DNA of 64,000 bases from Mobula hypostoma. Its lineage: Eukaryota. The translations under genes were made by a program, and so were the position numbers. Location: NCBI RefSeq assembly GCF_963921235.1, contig NC_086097.1, forward strand, positions 231,448,001 to 231,512,000, written 5' to 3'. This document shows, one piece after another, positions 13,906 through 28,339 of this stretch. The notes under the pieces were generated by a model. It made no database searches and was not told where the DNA came from. It worked only from the letters and a program-made list of their open reading frames with translations. The first letter of the stretch is position 1. Each line of letters starts with the position of its first letter.

Positions 13906-15033
13906 TATAGGCAACTGTTTGTTATGGGCAAATTGGGCTGAAGGGCTGGTTTCTATACTGTAAGTATCTATACTCTGACTAAGTTAATAGCTTTAAAAGA
14001 AATTTGTAGTAACTGGGTGGTGTGGTAGTTAAGTTTCTATGCTATATAAATAGAACAAAAACTGAGCAAGGAGGAATATCAGTGTTTCTGTTTAAGAAAG
14101 TTGTACATCTGATTCTTTAAAGTCTTTAACTGAAGCTGTAGGTTTAGGGTAATCATCTGAAAAGGCAAACAAATCATTTGTATATTTAATGAATGAATCC
14201 TTATAGGTTTGGATTAATAATTTTGTCCACCAGGTGTCATCTTAATGTACACTTGTTAAGACAATTTCTATCTTGTATGATAAAATTAATTTTATTGTAC
14301 TCTGAAGGCGATTGTTTAATTTGCTGTGGGTACGTGGTAAAGCTATCACCACTTAATGTAACAGTGGAGTAACTCGAAGAACTTTCCAAGTGTCAATGTG
14401 CAATTAATCAGAGAGATCCAGGGTTTATGTCAGTGGTTTGCTACTCTGTAGCTTATGGATTTGGAAATGAATTAAGTATCAAGAGCTTTTAACTACTTAA
14501 ACTCTCCTGTTTAATTAAAAATAACTTGAGTAAATATTCCTTTATAAGTGAGATATACACTTTTTAAGATAAACTGAATTGTAACTACAGTGAATCAAAT
14601 TTTTTAGCTTCAAAATCCTTTTGTACAAATATTCACATTTCAGCTTGTGCATATCCCAGTCTTTATTTAACATACAAAATATTTGAAAAGTTAATGAAAC
14701 TTGTTATATTTTTTGATTTCTAGTTTGCTAGATGAGTATTTTTTTAAGAGTAATTGGCTGCTCTGCCTATTTGGTGATATTAGAAGCTGCTGTATGCCAG
14801 AGATTTCTAGAACTGAAGATAATACCATGGGGCATTGGTTATGAGATTGATAAATTTCAAAGATTGGGAGTTCTAATTATTTCATTGCTGGCTGCCAAAT
14901 CCAGTGTATTGTTTTATTATTTCCCCCGGGATTAATAAAGTATGACTGACTAACTAACTATTAATGTATTCTTTTCAAGATAATGAAATGATCATTCATA
15001 TTTTACTTTTTCCATTTTTGGTAATAAATGTAA

Positions 15034-15533
<500 letters not shown>

Positions 15534-15844
15534 GTAAGTGAAGGTCTTGTCCTTTAAGCTACGTTTTGAAGTGTTCTTGTGCTATGACTTTTGGTGTAGT
15601 TTCCCATATTTTGGCTGCTAAGTTTGGTGTCTTCAACCTGATCTAAATTGAGTGATTCCTTAAAAATAAGACTTTTGCAAATGCAAAAATGAATATTTGT
15701 GTATGTGAGAAATGTGAAATTAAAACAACAAAAGGCAGCAAATAGGTAGTATATATATCTAATGTTCAGGATAATAACCATTTATGTAATCTTGCAGAGC
15801 ACTCTGTTGAAAGGCAGTTGATCTGAAATGTTAGCAAAAAGAAA

Positions 15845-16470
15845 AAGAAATCAGCAGGTCAAGCAGCATCTGTAGATGGAAAAGAGAAGTATTGCCATTT
15901 TGAGTCAAGACCCTGTATCAGGTTGGTGGGTATTAGAATAAAGATGGCTCAGGTATTCAAGGGAGGAGTGGGACATGAATGGAACCAAATGTTGGGGGGA
16001 GGCGGGGAAGAGAAATGATGATCAGATGGAGCCAAGTGTGGGAGAGGGGGTAGGTAGGTAGAAGTTGAACAAAGGGAGGGAGAACCAGGGTGGACTGGTG
16101 GATGTGAGAAAAGAATGTAGAGATATCATAGAATGTAGAGATACTAGCATGGGTAGAACATTGGCTGACTGGCAGAAGGCAAAGTGTAGGAATAAAAGAG
16201 GACTTGTTGGCTGTCAGTGACTAGTGATGTCTGCAAAGGTCAGTGTTGGGTCCTCTGCTTTTCATCTTGTATGTTAATGATCTGGATGATGGAATTGATG
16301 GCTTTGTGACCAAGTTTGCAGACGGTGCAAAGGTAGGTGGAGGGGCATGTACTGTTAAGGAAGGACTTGGGACACATTAGGAGAATGATCAAAGAAGTGG
16401 CAAATGGGATATAGTGTAGGGAAGTGTATAGTCATACATCTTGGTAGAAGAAATAAAAACATAGGCTATT
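15845..16470. mobile_element. Degenerate Penelope-like end followed by a CR1 RT fragment (+)
   Basis: CAGCAGGTCAAGCAGCATCTGTAG motif; GSVLGPLLF/NDLDDGIDGFVTKFAD-like sequence. Confidence 0.6.
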
Positions 16471-16518
16471 TGCAGTCCCAGCAAAATGCATATGCATTTT
16501 TCTTTTGTTTTAATTTAG

Positions 16519-16734
<216 letters not shown>

Positions 16735-16879
16735 TGAGACATTTTAATACAGATTTCTTTCGTATTCAATTTGTTGCCTTCACTGAAAGCAAGAAGGAAG
16801 CTTAAGTGAAACTTAAGCTTGCTTTTGTCAACATTGTTGCTTCACTTAGCACATCACAAATAAGCTGAAAGTCAAATGT

Positions 16880-17575
16880 GGGCATAGAAGGGAGAGCTAG
16901 ATACAACTTGACAAAACATGGATGAGGACGTAGCTTGAATATTGTATGTAGTTTTTGTTGCCTCATGATAGGAAGGATGGAGTTGCACTTGAGAGACTGC
17001 GGGGGATGTTGTCTGAAAAGGAATGGTTGTGTTCTGAGAAGAGACTGGATAAGCTGGATTTGTTCACCTTGGAGCAGATGAGGTTGAGTGGAGACCATAT
17101 TTAAAATTGAGAGGTTTGGATAATGAGAAACTTCCCAGTGACAGAAGTGTCCCCGATCAGAGGATTTGGATTTAAGATGAGGTTTAGGAGCTTTGGAGTA
17201 GTGCTTGAAGTTTGCAGGACTGGCAGCATCTGTGGAAAAAGAAATGGAGTCGCAGTTTCATGACATAGACTCCCAGTTTTGATGATGGCTCAGAATAGAG
17301 GGGCGTCCTTTAAGAACGGAGATGAGGAGGAATTTCTTTAGCTAGAGAGTGTTGAATCTGTTTAATTCTTTGCCACAGGCAGCTCTGGAGGTTAAGTCTT
17401 TATGTATATTTAAGAGAGAGGTTGATGGATTCTTGATTGGTCCAGGCATGAAGGAAAATGGGGAGAAGACAGGAGATTGGGGCTGAGAAGAAAATTGGAT
17501 TGGCCATGGTGAAATGGCGGAGCAAACTCGATGGGTCAAATGGCCTAAGTCTGCTCCTGTGTCTTATGGTCTTAA
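16880..17575 (+). mobile_element. Degenerate CR1 3' fragments
   Basis: Resembles the CR1 3' ends at 31.7-32.0 kb and 49.7-50.0 kb; ends ...CTGCTCCTGTGTCTTATGGTCTTA. Confidence 0.65.
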
Positions 17576-17699
17576 TTAAGGGCAGTCAAATTGATGTGTT
17601 AGGGAAGGGAATGAGCTGTCTGGATTTTTTTTGAGGAGCTGATGAGGAGGGTCCAAAGATGCAGCTGGTATATCTTGCATATCATCTACGTTTATTAAA

Positions 17700-19345
17700 A
17701 TTGAATAAATCTTTCATATCAATGAATTTTTGGACAGATGGAGTATTGCTGTTTGGCTGAGACGAGACGCAATCTAAAACTCATCTAATTACATTAGATA
17801 TTGTTTTAAACATGATAGAGTGGGAGGGAATAAAGAGCAAGGGGTGGCATTACTAGTCAGGAAAAATGTCATAGTAGTGCTGAGACAGGACAGAATGGAG
17901 AGCTTGTCCACTGAGGCTGTATGAGTGGAACTGAGGAATAAGAAAGAGTAGAAATGTAGAGCTACTAGGACTTGATGTTTCAATCCCTATGGTAAGCTGG
18001 CACTCTCGATGTTGGCAGTGTGTTTGGAGTGGTGACAAGGAGGGAGGGTAGGTACGTCATCGGAGTCATCAGGTGGGCACCCTCCTTCTTTGACGTTTCG
18101 TTGATAAGCCCACGATGTCTCCAGAGGGCTCAATGGTGCTACCTGGCGTCCCAGATACACCCCCTTCAGTTCCATACCCTCCTGTCTTCATCTTGCAGCC
18201 CAGTTGTTGTCTTTCCTTTTAATCTAAATCCAATTGCTGCTTTCTTCTGCTGCATTTGACAAGGACTTGATTGCTTGTTGGAGGGAGTGACCCCTCACCC
18301 CCATCTTCTTCAGTAGACTGGTCGTAGATGTAGCAACGAATCCCCTGCATCCGACTTCTACAGGGAAAATCTTGGTCTTCCAGCCATTCTGGGCAGCTTC
18401 AGTTGCCAGTTCAGAGTACTTGGTCTTTTTTCTCTCATAAGCTTCTTGGACACCATCTTCCCATGGTACTGTCAATTCCACAACATATGTCAGCTTGGCT
18501 GTTGTGGACCACAGGACCATGTCTGGCTGGAGTGTTGTAGCTGCAATGTCCAGGGGAAACACAAGCTTTTTTCCAAGTCCACGTCCATTTTCCAATCCCG
18601 AGCAACCTGCAGAATGCTTACATTTTTTGATGTTATGTGGTGCTCTGAAGGTGGCCTGCTGGTACAAATCGTGTAATGTGGACGTTTGCTGCCAATGTTT
18701 ATGGGAGAGCATTTGTGATGATGAGCACGTAATGGAATTATATTATAGATCACCCAATAGTCAGTGGGATTTAGAAGATCAAATTTGTAGAGAGATCACA
18801 GACTGTTGCAATAAACACAAGGTTGAGATCGAAAGTGATTTTAACTTTACACATATTGACTGGGACTCCTATACTGTGAAAGGACGAGATGGGATAGTTG
18901 TCAATTGTGTTCAGGAAAGTTTCCTTAATCAATGTACAGAAGTCCCAATTGGAAAGAATGTGTGATACTGGATTCCCTGTTAGGGAATGAGTCAGGGCAG
19001 GTGACAGAAGTGTGTGTAGGGGATCACTTTGGATCTAGTGATCCTAATTCAGTTTGTTGCAAGATGATTATGGGGAAGGATAGGATCTGGCATGTGTAGA
19101 TTGGGACAAGTTGTTTCCTCGCAAAGGCAGGCTTAGAAAGTGGAAGGCTTTCAAAAGTGAAATTTTGAGAGTAATGAGTTTTGTATGTCCTTGTCAACAA
19201 AAAGCAAGGCTAACAGATTTGGGGAACCTTGGTTTTTGAGAGATATTGTGGCCTTTGTTTAGAAGGAGGAGATGTATAGCAGGAATAGGCAGAAAGGAAC
19301 AAATGATGTACTTGAGTATATGAAATGCAAGAAAACACCTTCAAA
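17700..19345 (+). mobile_element. Degenerate CR1 ORF2 endonuclease region interrupted by a HERO-like element
   Basis: GVALLVRKN...VELRNKK before about 17960 continues as YYRSPNSQ...DFNFTHIDWD after about 18730. Confidence 0.7.
17965..18730 (-). mobile_element. 5'-truncated HERO-like non-LTR retrotransposon (restriction-like endonuclease domain and 3' UTR)
   Basis: ORF 18224..18712 has the PD-(D/E)xK-like motif QPDMVLWS..VVELTVPWE..ERKKTKY..PVEVGCRGF. Confidence 0.8.
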
Positions 19346-19349
19346 GGTA

Positions 19350-20735
19350 ATCAGGATGGCAGGTTTTGTTGTTGGTGTGCAATGTACATTTCTGCCAAAA
19401 AGTTCAATTCTCCTCTCATCTGTCCCCAGAACATTGGCCCAGAAGTGTTGTAGAACATCCAGGTGCTCTTTTGCAAGCTTGACATTTGCAGCAATGTTTT
19501 TTGCAGAGCAGTTGTTCCCTCCGTGGTGTCCTTCCATGAACACCATTCTTGTTCAGTGTTGTTCTTATAGTGGACACATGAACAGAGATTTTAGCAAGTT
19601 CTAGAGATTTCTGCAGGTCTTTTGCTGTTATGCTTTTTCACCTCTTTCAGCATTGCATGTTATGCTTAGTGTGATCTTTACAGGATGCCCACTGATAGAG
19701 AGAGTAGCTACAGTACTGAGTTTCCTCCATTTGTAGACAATTTCACTTACTGATGAAATGCTTTTGTATCCTTTTCTAGATTCATGCATTTCTACAATAC
19801 TTCTTGTAAGGTCTTCTAAAAGTTGTTTTGATCCTGGGTGGTACTCTGTCAGTAACCTGACTTTGTGTGACTTTTTATAGGGTAGGACACCTCTACAACC
19901 CACACCTCCAATCTCATCTCATTGATTGGAACACCTGACTCCAAATAACTTTTATAGAAGGAATTATCCCAGAGGTTCACATACTTTTTCTAATGTGTAA
20001 CACCCTGGGAAATGTTCCACTGCTAGTGTAATGGTTTCTCTATAGCAGCAGTGTTTGGGTTATGACTAGAGGTAACGGGGGCCTTGAAATGTGCGCTGTC
20101 CAAAGAGGGGAGTGTTTTCTTTCTTGTGTGGTTGAGAGTGAGGGATTTGTGGTCTTTTGTTCAGCAGAAGGTGGAGAGAGAAGATGCCAGAACATAGAGG
20201 TCCAGGACTGTAGGATGTATTGGACTTGGAATGGGGCCTGGAGGCAATGACGCTTGGGGGAAAGTGATGTAGAACTAACAGATGGGAAACCGTGAGCTCC
20301 AACGAGCACATTAGATGGATTCATTAAAATGGGCCCTTTTTGTTTACTTTACTAACCTAGTCAAATTAAGAATTATAAAGCTCAATCGTTTAATTGCATA
20401 TCGTGTACTGTTTGTTATTTTGTGGTACTGATTTGTAACAGGGGAACACTTCACAAACAAGAGGTTTTGTACCTCAGATTTAACATGTTTGGCGAGACCA
20501 GAGACTGTCTTCCCTAGACTAACATGGCTGGCCGAACCTGAGGGTTACACATGTGATATTGGATCATTTTTTTCAATAAATAAAAAGACAAGTATAATTT
20601 TTTTTGTGTTATTTAATTGGACTCTCTCTAGCTAGTTAAAATTTGACTTGCATGAAGATCTGATCACACTTTTGGTCATACTTATGCAGAAATAGAGAAA
20701 ATTCTACAGGGTTCATAAATTTTCTAGCACCACTG
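19350..20735 (-). mobile_element. Degenerate Tc1 transposon with a nested solo LTR
   Basis: FWANVLGTDERRIELFG and IVEMHESRKGYKSIS fragments; end ...CTAGCACCACTG at about 20734. Confidence 0.75.
19996..20549. mobile_element. Solo LTR (554 bp)
   Basis: TGTAAC...GTTACA termini; flanks AATG/CATG; related inverted copy at 45386-45933. Confidence 0.8.
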
Positions 20736-21030
20736 TTCACTGTGATTTTAGCATTTAATTTCCAAGCTTCAGTGAGATGACTGTACTCATTTGTTCTTTC
20801 CTCCATTTGACTCTGATAACATCACAACTGCTTTTATCAGTTTTGGTCTTTCAGTTGCAAACAATTATTTATTTTGTTATAGCTTGCCCTCACCTGAGCT
20901 GCTGCTTTTAACTCTTGAGCTACATCAAGAGGAAGTCAATGAGTTAAGTTAACGAGTGTTTATTTTTATTAGGTTGAAGGCTGAATGCTGCTACTAACTT
21001 TTTTTAATTCCTGAATTTTTGTTTCTTCAG

Positions 21031-21164
21031 AGCGTTTATCCCAATTATTAAAAAAACTATTTGAAACACAAGAATCTGGGGACATCAATGAAGAACTTGT
21101 TAAAGCTGCAGCCAATGGTGATGTTGCAAAAGTGGAAGAAATAATGGCAAGGCCAGACGTTGAT
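21031..21164 (+). CDS. mib1: Mind bomb 1 coding exon (exon 9 equivalent), [44 protein letters not shown]
   Basis: tttcttcAG|AG CGT...GAT|GTgagt; 134 bp, phase 1/0. Confidence 0.97.
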
Positions 21165-22119
21165 GTGAGTGTTTTCAATACTTCTGCCAGCATACTCATG
21201 TATTTTTGTGGAAATTGAGAAAAAGTGTCAAAGCCACATCTAAGCTAAATCATTTCTCTAACACAAGTCAAAAAGTCCGATGGATTTCTGTTGGGATTTA
21301 AAACTGATATCTGTTAGTTTTTGCTTTCAAGTTTCTATGGAAAAGATGTTCCAGTATACAGGACCACAGTGTGGTGGTACTCAGAGGATATTCTATTGCT
21401 TCTGATACTTTAGTAATTTTTCTAAAAAGAGCAGTGTTTCACAGATTGACTTTATTTAGGAGAGTGATATAATGTATTGTTTCTTTTTTCCAAAGTAATT
21501 TACTCCTTGTGAAACCAAATATATTGCTTGGGGTCCTTTTACTCAAGCATCATCACCTATCTGTGTTTTGAGTGATTTTTCTTAGAACGTTCAGCAGTCC
21601 ATTTTTTTTGTACATGTACAAATCAAATGTATTATTGCATATAAACCAATTTTTAATTACTTGCTTCAACAAAATAAACTTGTGAGATTTTAATTGTTGA
21701 ATTGAAGCTAGCTAAAAATTTGTAATGAATCAAAGTCATTACAGCCCAGTTATGTTTCCTACATCTTTGACAGATGTGACAGTAGATCCTGAGCCCCTGC
21801 TCTGTAATTCCTTTTAGCTTTGACAGGTCACCATCATCCTGCGTCTTAATTGTTTTGTAATGTATGATAATCAGAGGCACTTAAACCGTTCATGTAGATT
21901 TTAATAGAAAATTTGTTTTAAATGGAAGGATTAAGTGAAATACCTTGACCTGATAGAAATGAATTTAAAGCATAAAGGTAAGTAAAGTGAAGGAATGTGA
22001 CTTGCCTTTTTAATCAAGATGCTCACCTCATATTCATGTGAATAGAAAGCCAACCGACTTCTGTTTCATTGCTGGATCAAGTGCTTCATTGAGTAATGTA
22101 GCAGAAGATTGGTTACCTT

Positions 22120-23390
22120 AAGACATTGGAACAGAATTAGATTATTTGCCCCATTGTGTCTGCTCTGCCATTTCATCATGGCTGATCCATTTTTCCTCTT
22201 AACCTCGTTCTCTTGCTTTGTCCCTGTAACCTTTCACACCCTGACTAATTAAGAACTTTTCAACCTTTACCTTATACACACCCAATGACCTGCCCTCCAC
22301 AGCCACCTATGGCAACAAATTCTGCAGATTCACCACCTTCTAACAAAAACAATTCCTCCTCATCACCATCTTAAATGGTTGTCCCTTTATTCTGAGGCTG
22401 TGCCCTCTGGTCCTAGACTCCCCCACTATAGGAAGCATCCTCTCCACCAAGCCTTTCAGTATTCAACAGGTTTCAATGAGATTCTTCCCCCCCCCGCCCC
22501 CATTCTTCTAAATTTCAGCGGGTATAGGCCTTGAGCCAGTAACCCTTTCATTTCTGAAATTATTCTCGTGAACCTCCTCTGAACCCTCTCCAGTGTTGAC
22601 ATATCCTTCCTTAGATAAGGTGCTCAAAGCTGCTCTCAATACTCCATGAGGTCTCATCAATACCTTATAAAGCTTCAGCATTGATGCTTGCTTTTATATT
22701 CTGGTCCTCTTGAAATGAATACTAACATTGGATTTGCCTTCCTCACCACTAACCCAATCTTCAAGTTAACCTTTTGGGAATCCTGTATGACGACTCCCAA
22801 ATCCATTTGCACCTTGGATTTTTGAATTTTCTCCGTGTTTATAAAATAGACTATGCTTTTATTCCTTCTACCAAAGTGCATGACCATACACTTCCCTACA
22901 CTACTTCATCTGCCACTTCTTGCCCATTCTCCAAATCTGTCCAGGTCCTTCTGCAAACTCTCTGCTTCCTCAAAACACCTGCCCCTTCACCTGTTTTTGT
23001 ATCATCTGCAAACTTGGCCACAAAGCCATCAATTCTCTTATCCAAATCATTGATGTACAACTTAAAAAGAAGCAGCTCTAACACCGAACCACGTGGAACA
23101 CCACTAGTCACTGGCAGCCAACTGGAAAAGGCTCTCATTATTCCTACACTTTACCTCCTGCCGATCAGTCAATCTTTTATCCATGCTAGTATCTTTCCTG
23201 TATTACCATGGGGTCTTATCTTGCTAAGCAGCCTCCTGTATGGTATCTTGTCAAAGGCGTTCTGAAAATTCAATTACACAACATTCAGTGACTGTACTTT
23301 GTTTAACCTGCCTGTTATTTCCTCAAAGAATTCCAACAGATTTGTCAAGCAAAATTTTGCCTTCAGGGAACAATGCTGACTTTGGTATGT
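22120..23390 (-). mobile_element. Degenerate CR1 LINE, 3' portion
   Basis: VTSGVPRGSVL...INDLDKRIDGFVAKFADDTK; CLTNLLEFFEEIT. Confidence 0.87.
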
Positions 23391-23879
23391 TTTACACCAG
23401 TACTTGACCTCCAGTTTGAACAAACAGATGTGGAAGATGACCTGCAGGAGAAACATCACTGGCAGTACAATTGTCAGATTGCAAAAATCTCAGAATTCTT
23501 TGAAATCAATTTCATTTTCTACTTTTCCACTGATCTGATTAGTCAGCTATCTTTCAATAGGTTACAGCTTCTGTACAACATATCCAATTTTGTGTTCTCT
23601 ACTAACTTTGTAATGTTCCCTGTATTTTTATTTAAATCATTTATTTGCATCCACAGAAAAGCAAGGTACTTAACAGTGTAGAATATCTTTTGAAAGCAGC
23701 TTTTAGATCACTAAATTTGATGTTGTATATTAGCCACTAAGTCAGTTTTGGTGCAACTTGACGCTTTCACTTGTATTCCAGATCTATTTGCCATCTTGAA
23801 AAGTGCTTTAATCCCCGTGGATTATATAAATACATCATCTTCATTGAAACTCTTGGTTCTTCTGCAGGAAGTTTACACA

Positions 23880-25330
23880 TTAATTAGAATGAGAATTAGA
23901 ATTTTATTTTTTACATTCATTTCACAACATGAGGGAGGAAAAATCTTTGTTGTGTCTCCATCACTATGTCCAAGCAATAAGGAAAGGAAATATGGAAGGA
24001 TATTGCCCAAGCATGCAATACATAATACATTTGGTACATAATTATTTTATATACATGTATGTACAGTCAGAGATGCAATCAGATTAATGTGTTTTAATAA
24101 ATCTGATGGCCTGGTGAAAGAAGCTGTCCCTTAGCCTGTCGGTTCTGGCCTTTATACTGCGGTACTGTTTGCCAGGCGGAAGCAGCTGAAACAATTTGTG
24201 GTTGGGGTGGCTGGAGCCCCCACTGATCCTCCAGTCCTTTTTATGCACCTGCTGCTGAAACTGTCCTGAATAGAGGAAAGTTCATGTCCACAGATGTGTT
24301 GGGCTGTCCGCACCAGTTTCTGCAGTGCCCTGCAATTGAGGGTAGTACAGTTCCTGTACCAGGTGCTGACAGCCAGTCAGGATGCTCTCTATGGTAGCCC
24401 TGTAGAAAGTCCTGAGTATTTGAAAGTCCGGAGTATTTTGGAGATTCATGCCAAACTAATCAGTTCTCTGAGATGAAAGAGGCAATGTTGTGCTTTTTTT
24501 TTTACCACACAGCCAGTATGTACAGTCCAGGTGAGATGCTTGGTGATGTGTATACCAAGGAACTTGAAACTACTCACCCTCTTCACTACAGTCCCATCTT
24601 CACTACAGCCTGTCTCCGTTCCTCCAGTAATCCACGATCAACTCCTTTTTTTTTGACATTGAGGGAGAGGTTGTTTTTTTGGCACCTCTGTATCAGGCGT
24701 TGACTTCTTTGTAGGCTGTCTCATTGTTGGAAATACCAATGTCATGTCATATGCAAATTTGATCAGCAGGTTGGAGCTGTGTGTGGCAACGCAGCTGTGG
24801 GTGTATAGAGAGTAGAGGCAGGGGTTCCTTTGTTGAGGGGCAGAGGTGAGGGTGCCCATCCTTGCCATCTGCCAGCGATCCAACAGGAAGTCCAGGGTCC
24901 AGCTGCACAAGTTGGGATGCAGGCCAAGGTCTCTGAGTTTCTTGTCAAGCCTCGGGGAATTCTGGTGTTGAATGAGGAAAGTCCAAGAACAGCATTCTAA
25001 CATAAGCATCCCTCTTCTTCAGGTGAGTGAGGACAGTGTGTAGTGTTGTGGCTATTGTTGGGACTCCATTGTGGGTGGTAGCAATGTTGCAGATGTAGTC
25101 CTTGACCAGCTTCCCAAAGCATTTGCTTATGATTGAAGTGAGTACGACAGGACACCAATCATACAGACATGTTATCTTGAATTTCTTTGGTACAGGGACA
25201 ATGGTGGATGTTTTGAAGCAAGAGGGAAAGAATAGAAATGTCTGGACGCTCCAGCTAGTTGTGCCACACACAATTTGAGTACTTGCCCCGGGATGCTGTC
25301 CAGCCCTGCTGCCTTGTGGCTGTTGGTTTC
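23880..25330 (-). mobile_element. Degenerate Rex/Babar-type LINE
   Basis: FKTSTIVPVPKK, YVRMLFLDF, YSLYTHSCVA..LIKFA fragments; short-repeat tail near 23885. Confidence 0.82.
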
Positions 25331-25615
25331 TTGATGTTGCCTTAATTGATCTAGACTAACAATCTGTACTTGAGTATGATTCTTGTACTGAATCTAACTA
25401 TGTATTGTTTGAATACATAATTATCAAAAAATGAATTTTCAAAAAGATTTCTCAATTCTACTTTCTCAATGGTTAATTCAAATGTCAGTTCTAGAACTTC
25501 ATATTTTTTAATGAAATATATGTTTGAATTTTTTTGCAACTTAGAAGCGTTAATTTAGAATTTGGACTGCACAGTGTTTATGGACTTAATTATTGATTCT
25601 GTTTCAATCTTGCAG

Positions 25616-25723
25616 GTGAATGGTCAGTGTGCAGGACACACTGCAATGCAGGCGGCAAGCCAGAATGGACATGTGGATGTCCTGAAGCTGCTTCTCAAAC
25701 ACAGTGTTGATTTAGAAGTTGAG
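25616..25723 (+). CDS. mib1: Mind bomb 1 coding exon (exon 10 equivalent), [36 protein letters not shown], ankyrin repeat
   Basis: cttgcAG|GTG...GAG|GTaagt; 108 bp, phase 0/0. Confidence 0.97.
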
Positions 25724-26598
25724 GTAAGTTTATTTTTTGTGGATTATAGAAATTGTTCTCAAATGTAACATTGTTCATATTCTAGCATGTACCGTGAAGT
25801 TAGTTCCCAAACTTAACTGCTGTGCAACACATGGGCACTGGTGCTGAAGGAGAAATTATCGCCTCCTTGGTACAAAAATTAGGCACAAGTGCAAAAGAGC
25901 AGTGAATGTGGGTATAATTGTCAGAGATTTACACATCTATGAAAATGTTTCTGTTGGTTTTTAGAGCATAGCAAAAAGTGGTAATGTGTTTAGAGGTGTA
26001 CGCTAATCCATTTGTTCTGCTTTGAACAACTAGGAAACTATTGTTCCAATTTTTGATTTTTATTTGTACTTTAAGATTAAATTTGTCTTGTTTATTAGAT
26101 CATTATCATTTACAAAGTTAAAGGGTCAATTTTTTGGTGTGAAAATTACAGTGGTAGAAATTATTATTCAAGTGATATATTGGGCCAGATTTGCTGGAAT
26201 TGTTTTGTTGACCACACTTGCTGTCCACTTGCTTGGATGTAGCTCTTCCAGATATGGAGAACCAATTTTGCTGACCTCTTCACCAAAGAAGTGAGTGCTC
26301 CTTAAAATAGAGCTGGTAGCACAGTAAAACAGCTGGTAAACCTGTCATCTGACGCCTCTAGGTTCAATTTGTTCCCAGCTTCATGTGACAGCCTCTAGAT
26401 CCCAAAGATGTGTGGGTCAGTAGGCTATTACTGCTCATGTGTAGGTGAGTTGGAGACTTTGGGTACATTGATAGCAATATGGGGATACTTCCAAAAAAAA
26501 AAAGTTTGTGATCAAGTTGTTGTAAATCAGTACATTATGATCATTATTGATTTGGTGATAGTTTTTTCCGTGCTTTATCACTATACGACAAGGACTTA

Positions 26599-27293
26599 AG
26601 GCCGATTTATACTTGTGCGTTAAATGTACGCCATAAGTACGGTGTAGCTGCGTACCCTGCGCTGTACTCTACGCCGAACCCTATGCTGTAGCCGAACGCG
26701 CACCTCTCCCAAAATGTAACTACACGTCGCGGCGACGCAGACAGTGACAACTGTGATTGGTCCGCTTGGTAGCATCGCGTTTCCTCCTACGCTGCAATAG
26801 CTTCCCATTGGGCGACTGAAGGGCAGGGAAGGAACTCTGGCTGCAATGCTTTCCATAAAGCTTTATAGACCTCCGAAATTATGGAGGACCCTGTGCTGCT
26901 TGACGCCAGTTTGTAGCTAGCTGCTACAGCCTGTTGACTTCCATCTGAAGCTAAAACTCGAATGGTTATTGCCAGTCTCTGAGTATACTGTGCATACATT
27001 GATGCAAAATAAATGGCTGGAGACGATGAACCAAATTGTCAAATCTACCTGCCGACATCCGAAAATATTTGAAATGCATTTGCTTGTCCATGTCTCTCAG
27101 TGGCTGGACAAGCACAGAAAATTCACCCTCCTTCAGTTTCAGTCGCCATTGTTTGAAGTTTGAGTTTCTTCGTGTTGAGTTTCAACACGAAGAAACTCAA
27201 CGCAGTGGCATAGAAACCTCACCGCCAACTAGCGTTTTGTCGGTGAATTGCAGAGCGACGCAGATACACCAACGCACAAGTATAAATCAGCCT
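26599..27293 (-). mobile_element. Non-autonomous PIF/Harbinger transposon
   Basis: TIRs AGGCCGATTTATACTTGTGCGTT / AACGCACAAGTATAAATCAGCCT; TTA TSD on both sides; transposase remnant [39 protein letters not shown]. Confidence 0.88.
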
Positions 27294-27409
27294 TTAAGAG
27301 GTGAGTAAAGTATAATAGGCATATCACCAACCCTGTCTCCCAAATGCACAATGGCCTTTAACAGCTCGTTGAAGGATGCTGCGTGTCTCAGAGATGATTA
27401 AACACTGGT

Positions 27410-28043
27410 CAAATGACTCTGTGATTAAGAAGGCATATGGTGCATTGGCCTTCATCAACTGTGGGATTAAGTTCAAGAGCCGAGAGGTAATGTTACAGCT
27501 ATATAGGACCCTGGTCAGACCCCACTTGGAGTACCGTGCTCAGTTCTGGTCACCTCACTACAGGAAGGATGTGGAAACTATAGAAAGGGCACAGAGGAGA
27601 TTTACAAGGATGTTGCCTGGATTGGGGAGCATGCCTTAAGAGAATAGGTTGAGTGAACTCTGCCTTTTCTATTTGGAACGACAGAGGATGAGAGGTGACC
27701 TGATAGAGGTGTGTAAGACGATAAGAGGCATTGATCTTGTGGATAGTCAGAGGCTTTTTCTTAGGGCTGAAATGCTAACACGAGAGGGCACAGTTTTAAG
27801 GTGCTTGGAAGTAAGTACAGAGCAGATATGTCGGGGTAAGTGTTTTACGCAGAGAGTGGTGAATTCGTGGAATGGGCTGCTGGCAACGGTGGTGGAGGCA
27901 GATGCAATAGGGTCTTTTAAGAGACTCCTGGATAGATACATGGAGCTTAGAAATATAGAGGGCTATGGGTAACCCTAGGTAATTTCTAAGTAAGTACATG
28001 CTCGGCCCAGCATTGTGGCCCGAGGGGCCTGTATTGTGCTGTA
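27410..28043 (+). mobile_element. CR1 LINE 3' end
   Basis: LQLYRTLVRPHLEY..QFWSPHYRKD; (TTTCTATG)n tail. Confidence 0.9.
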
Positions 28044-28339
28044 GGTTTTCTATGTTTCTATGTTAATATTTTAATTATTAAGTAAATTGCTCAAATTATA
28101 AATAATTTTTCTATAAGATTAAAATCAGTAAAGATATAGTCAAGTAAAACAACTTGCATTACTGGCACTTTTCTGTAAGATGCAACCCTGTTCAAATGAA
28201 TGACTGGTTGTCCCTGCATAAAAGTAACACTAGCCCTCCCCCTTTCTAACAAACAGTGTTCCATTGCTAAACTTCGGTGCAGAGCAGACTTCGATCTGTT
28301 GGAGAGTTTTAAAGTAGAAAAGCACTAGGGCAGTTCCAC

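Noticed and set aside
18060..18102. CGAAACGUC...CUGAUGA on the - strand in the HERO-like 3' UTR as a permuted hammerhead
   Set aside because: The core words are present but I could not build convincing stems I and II around them.
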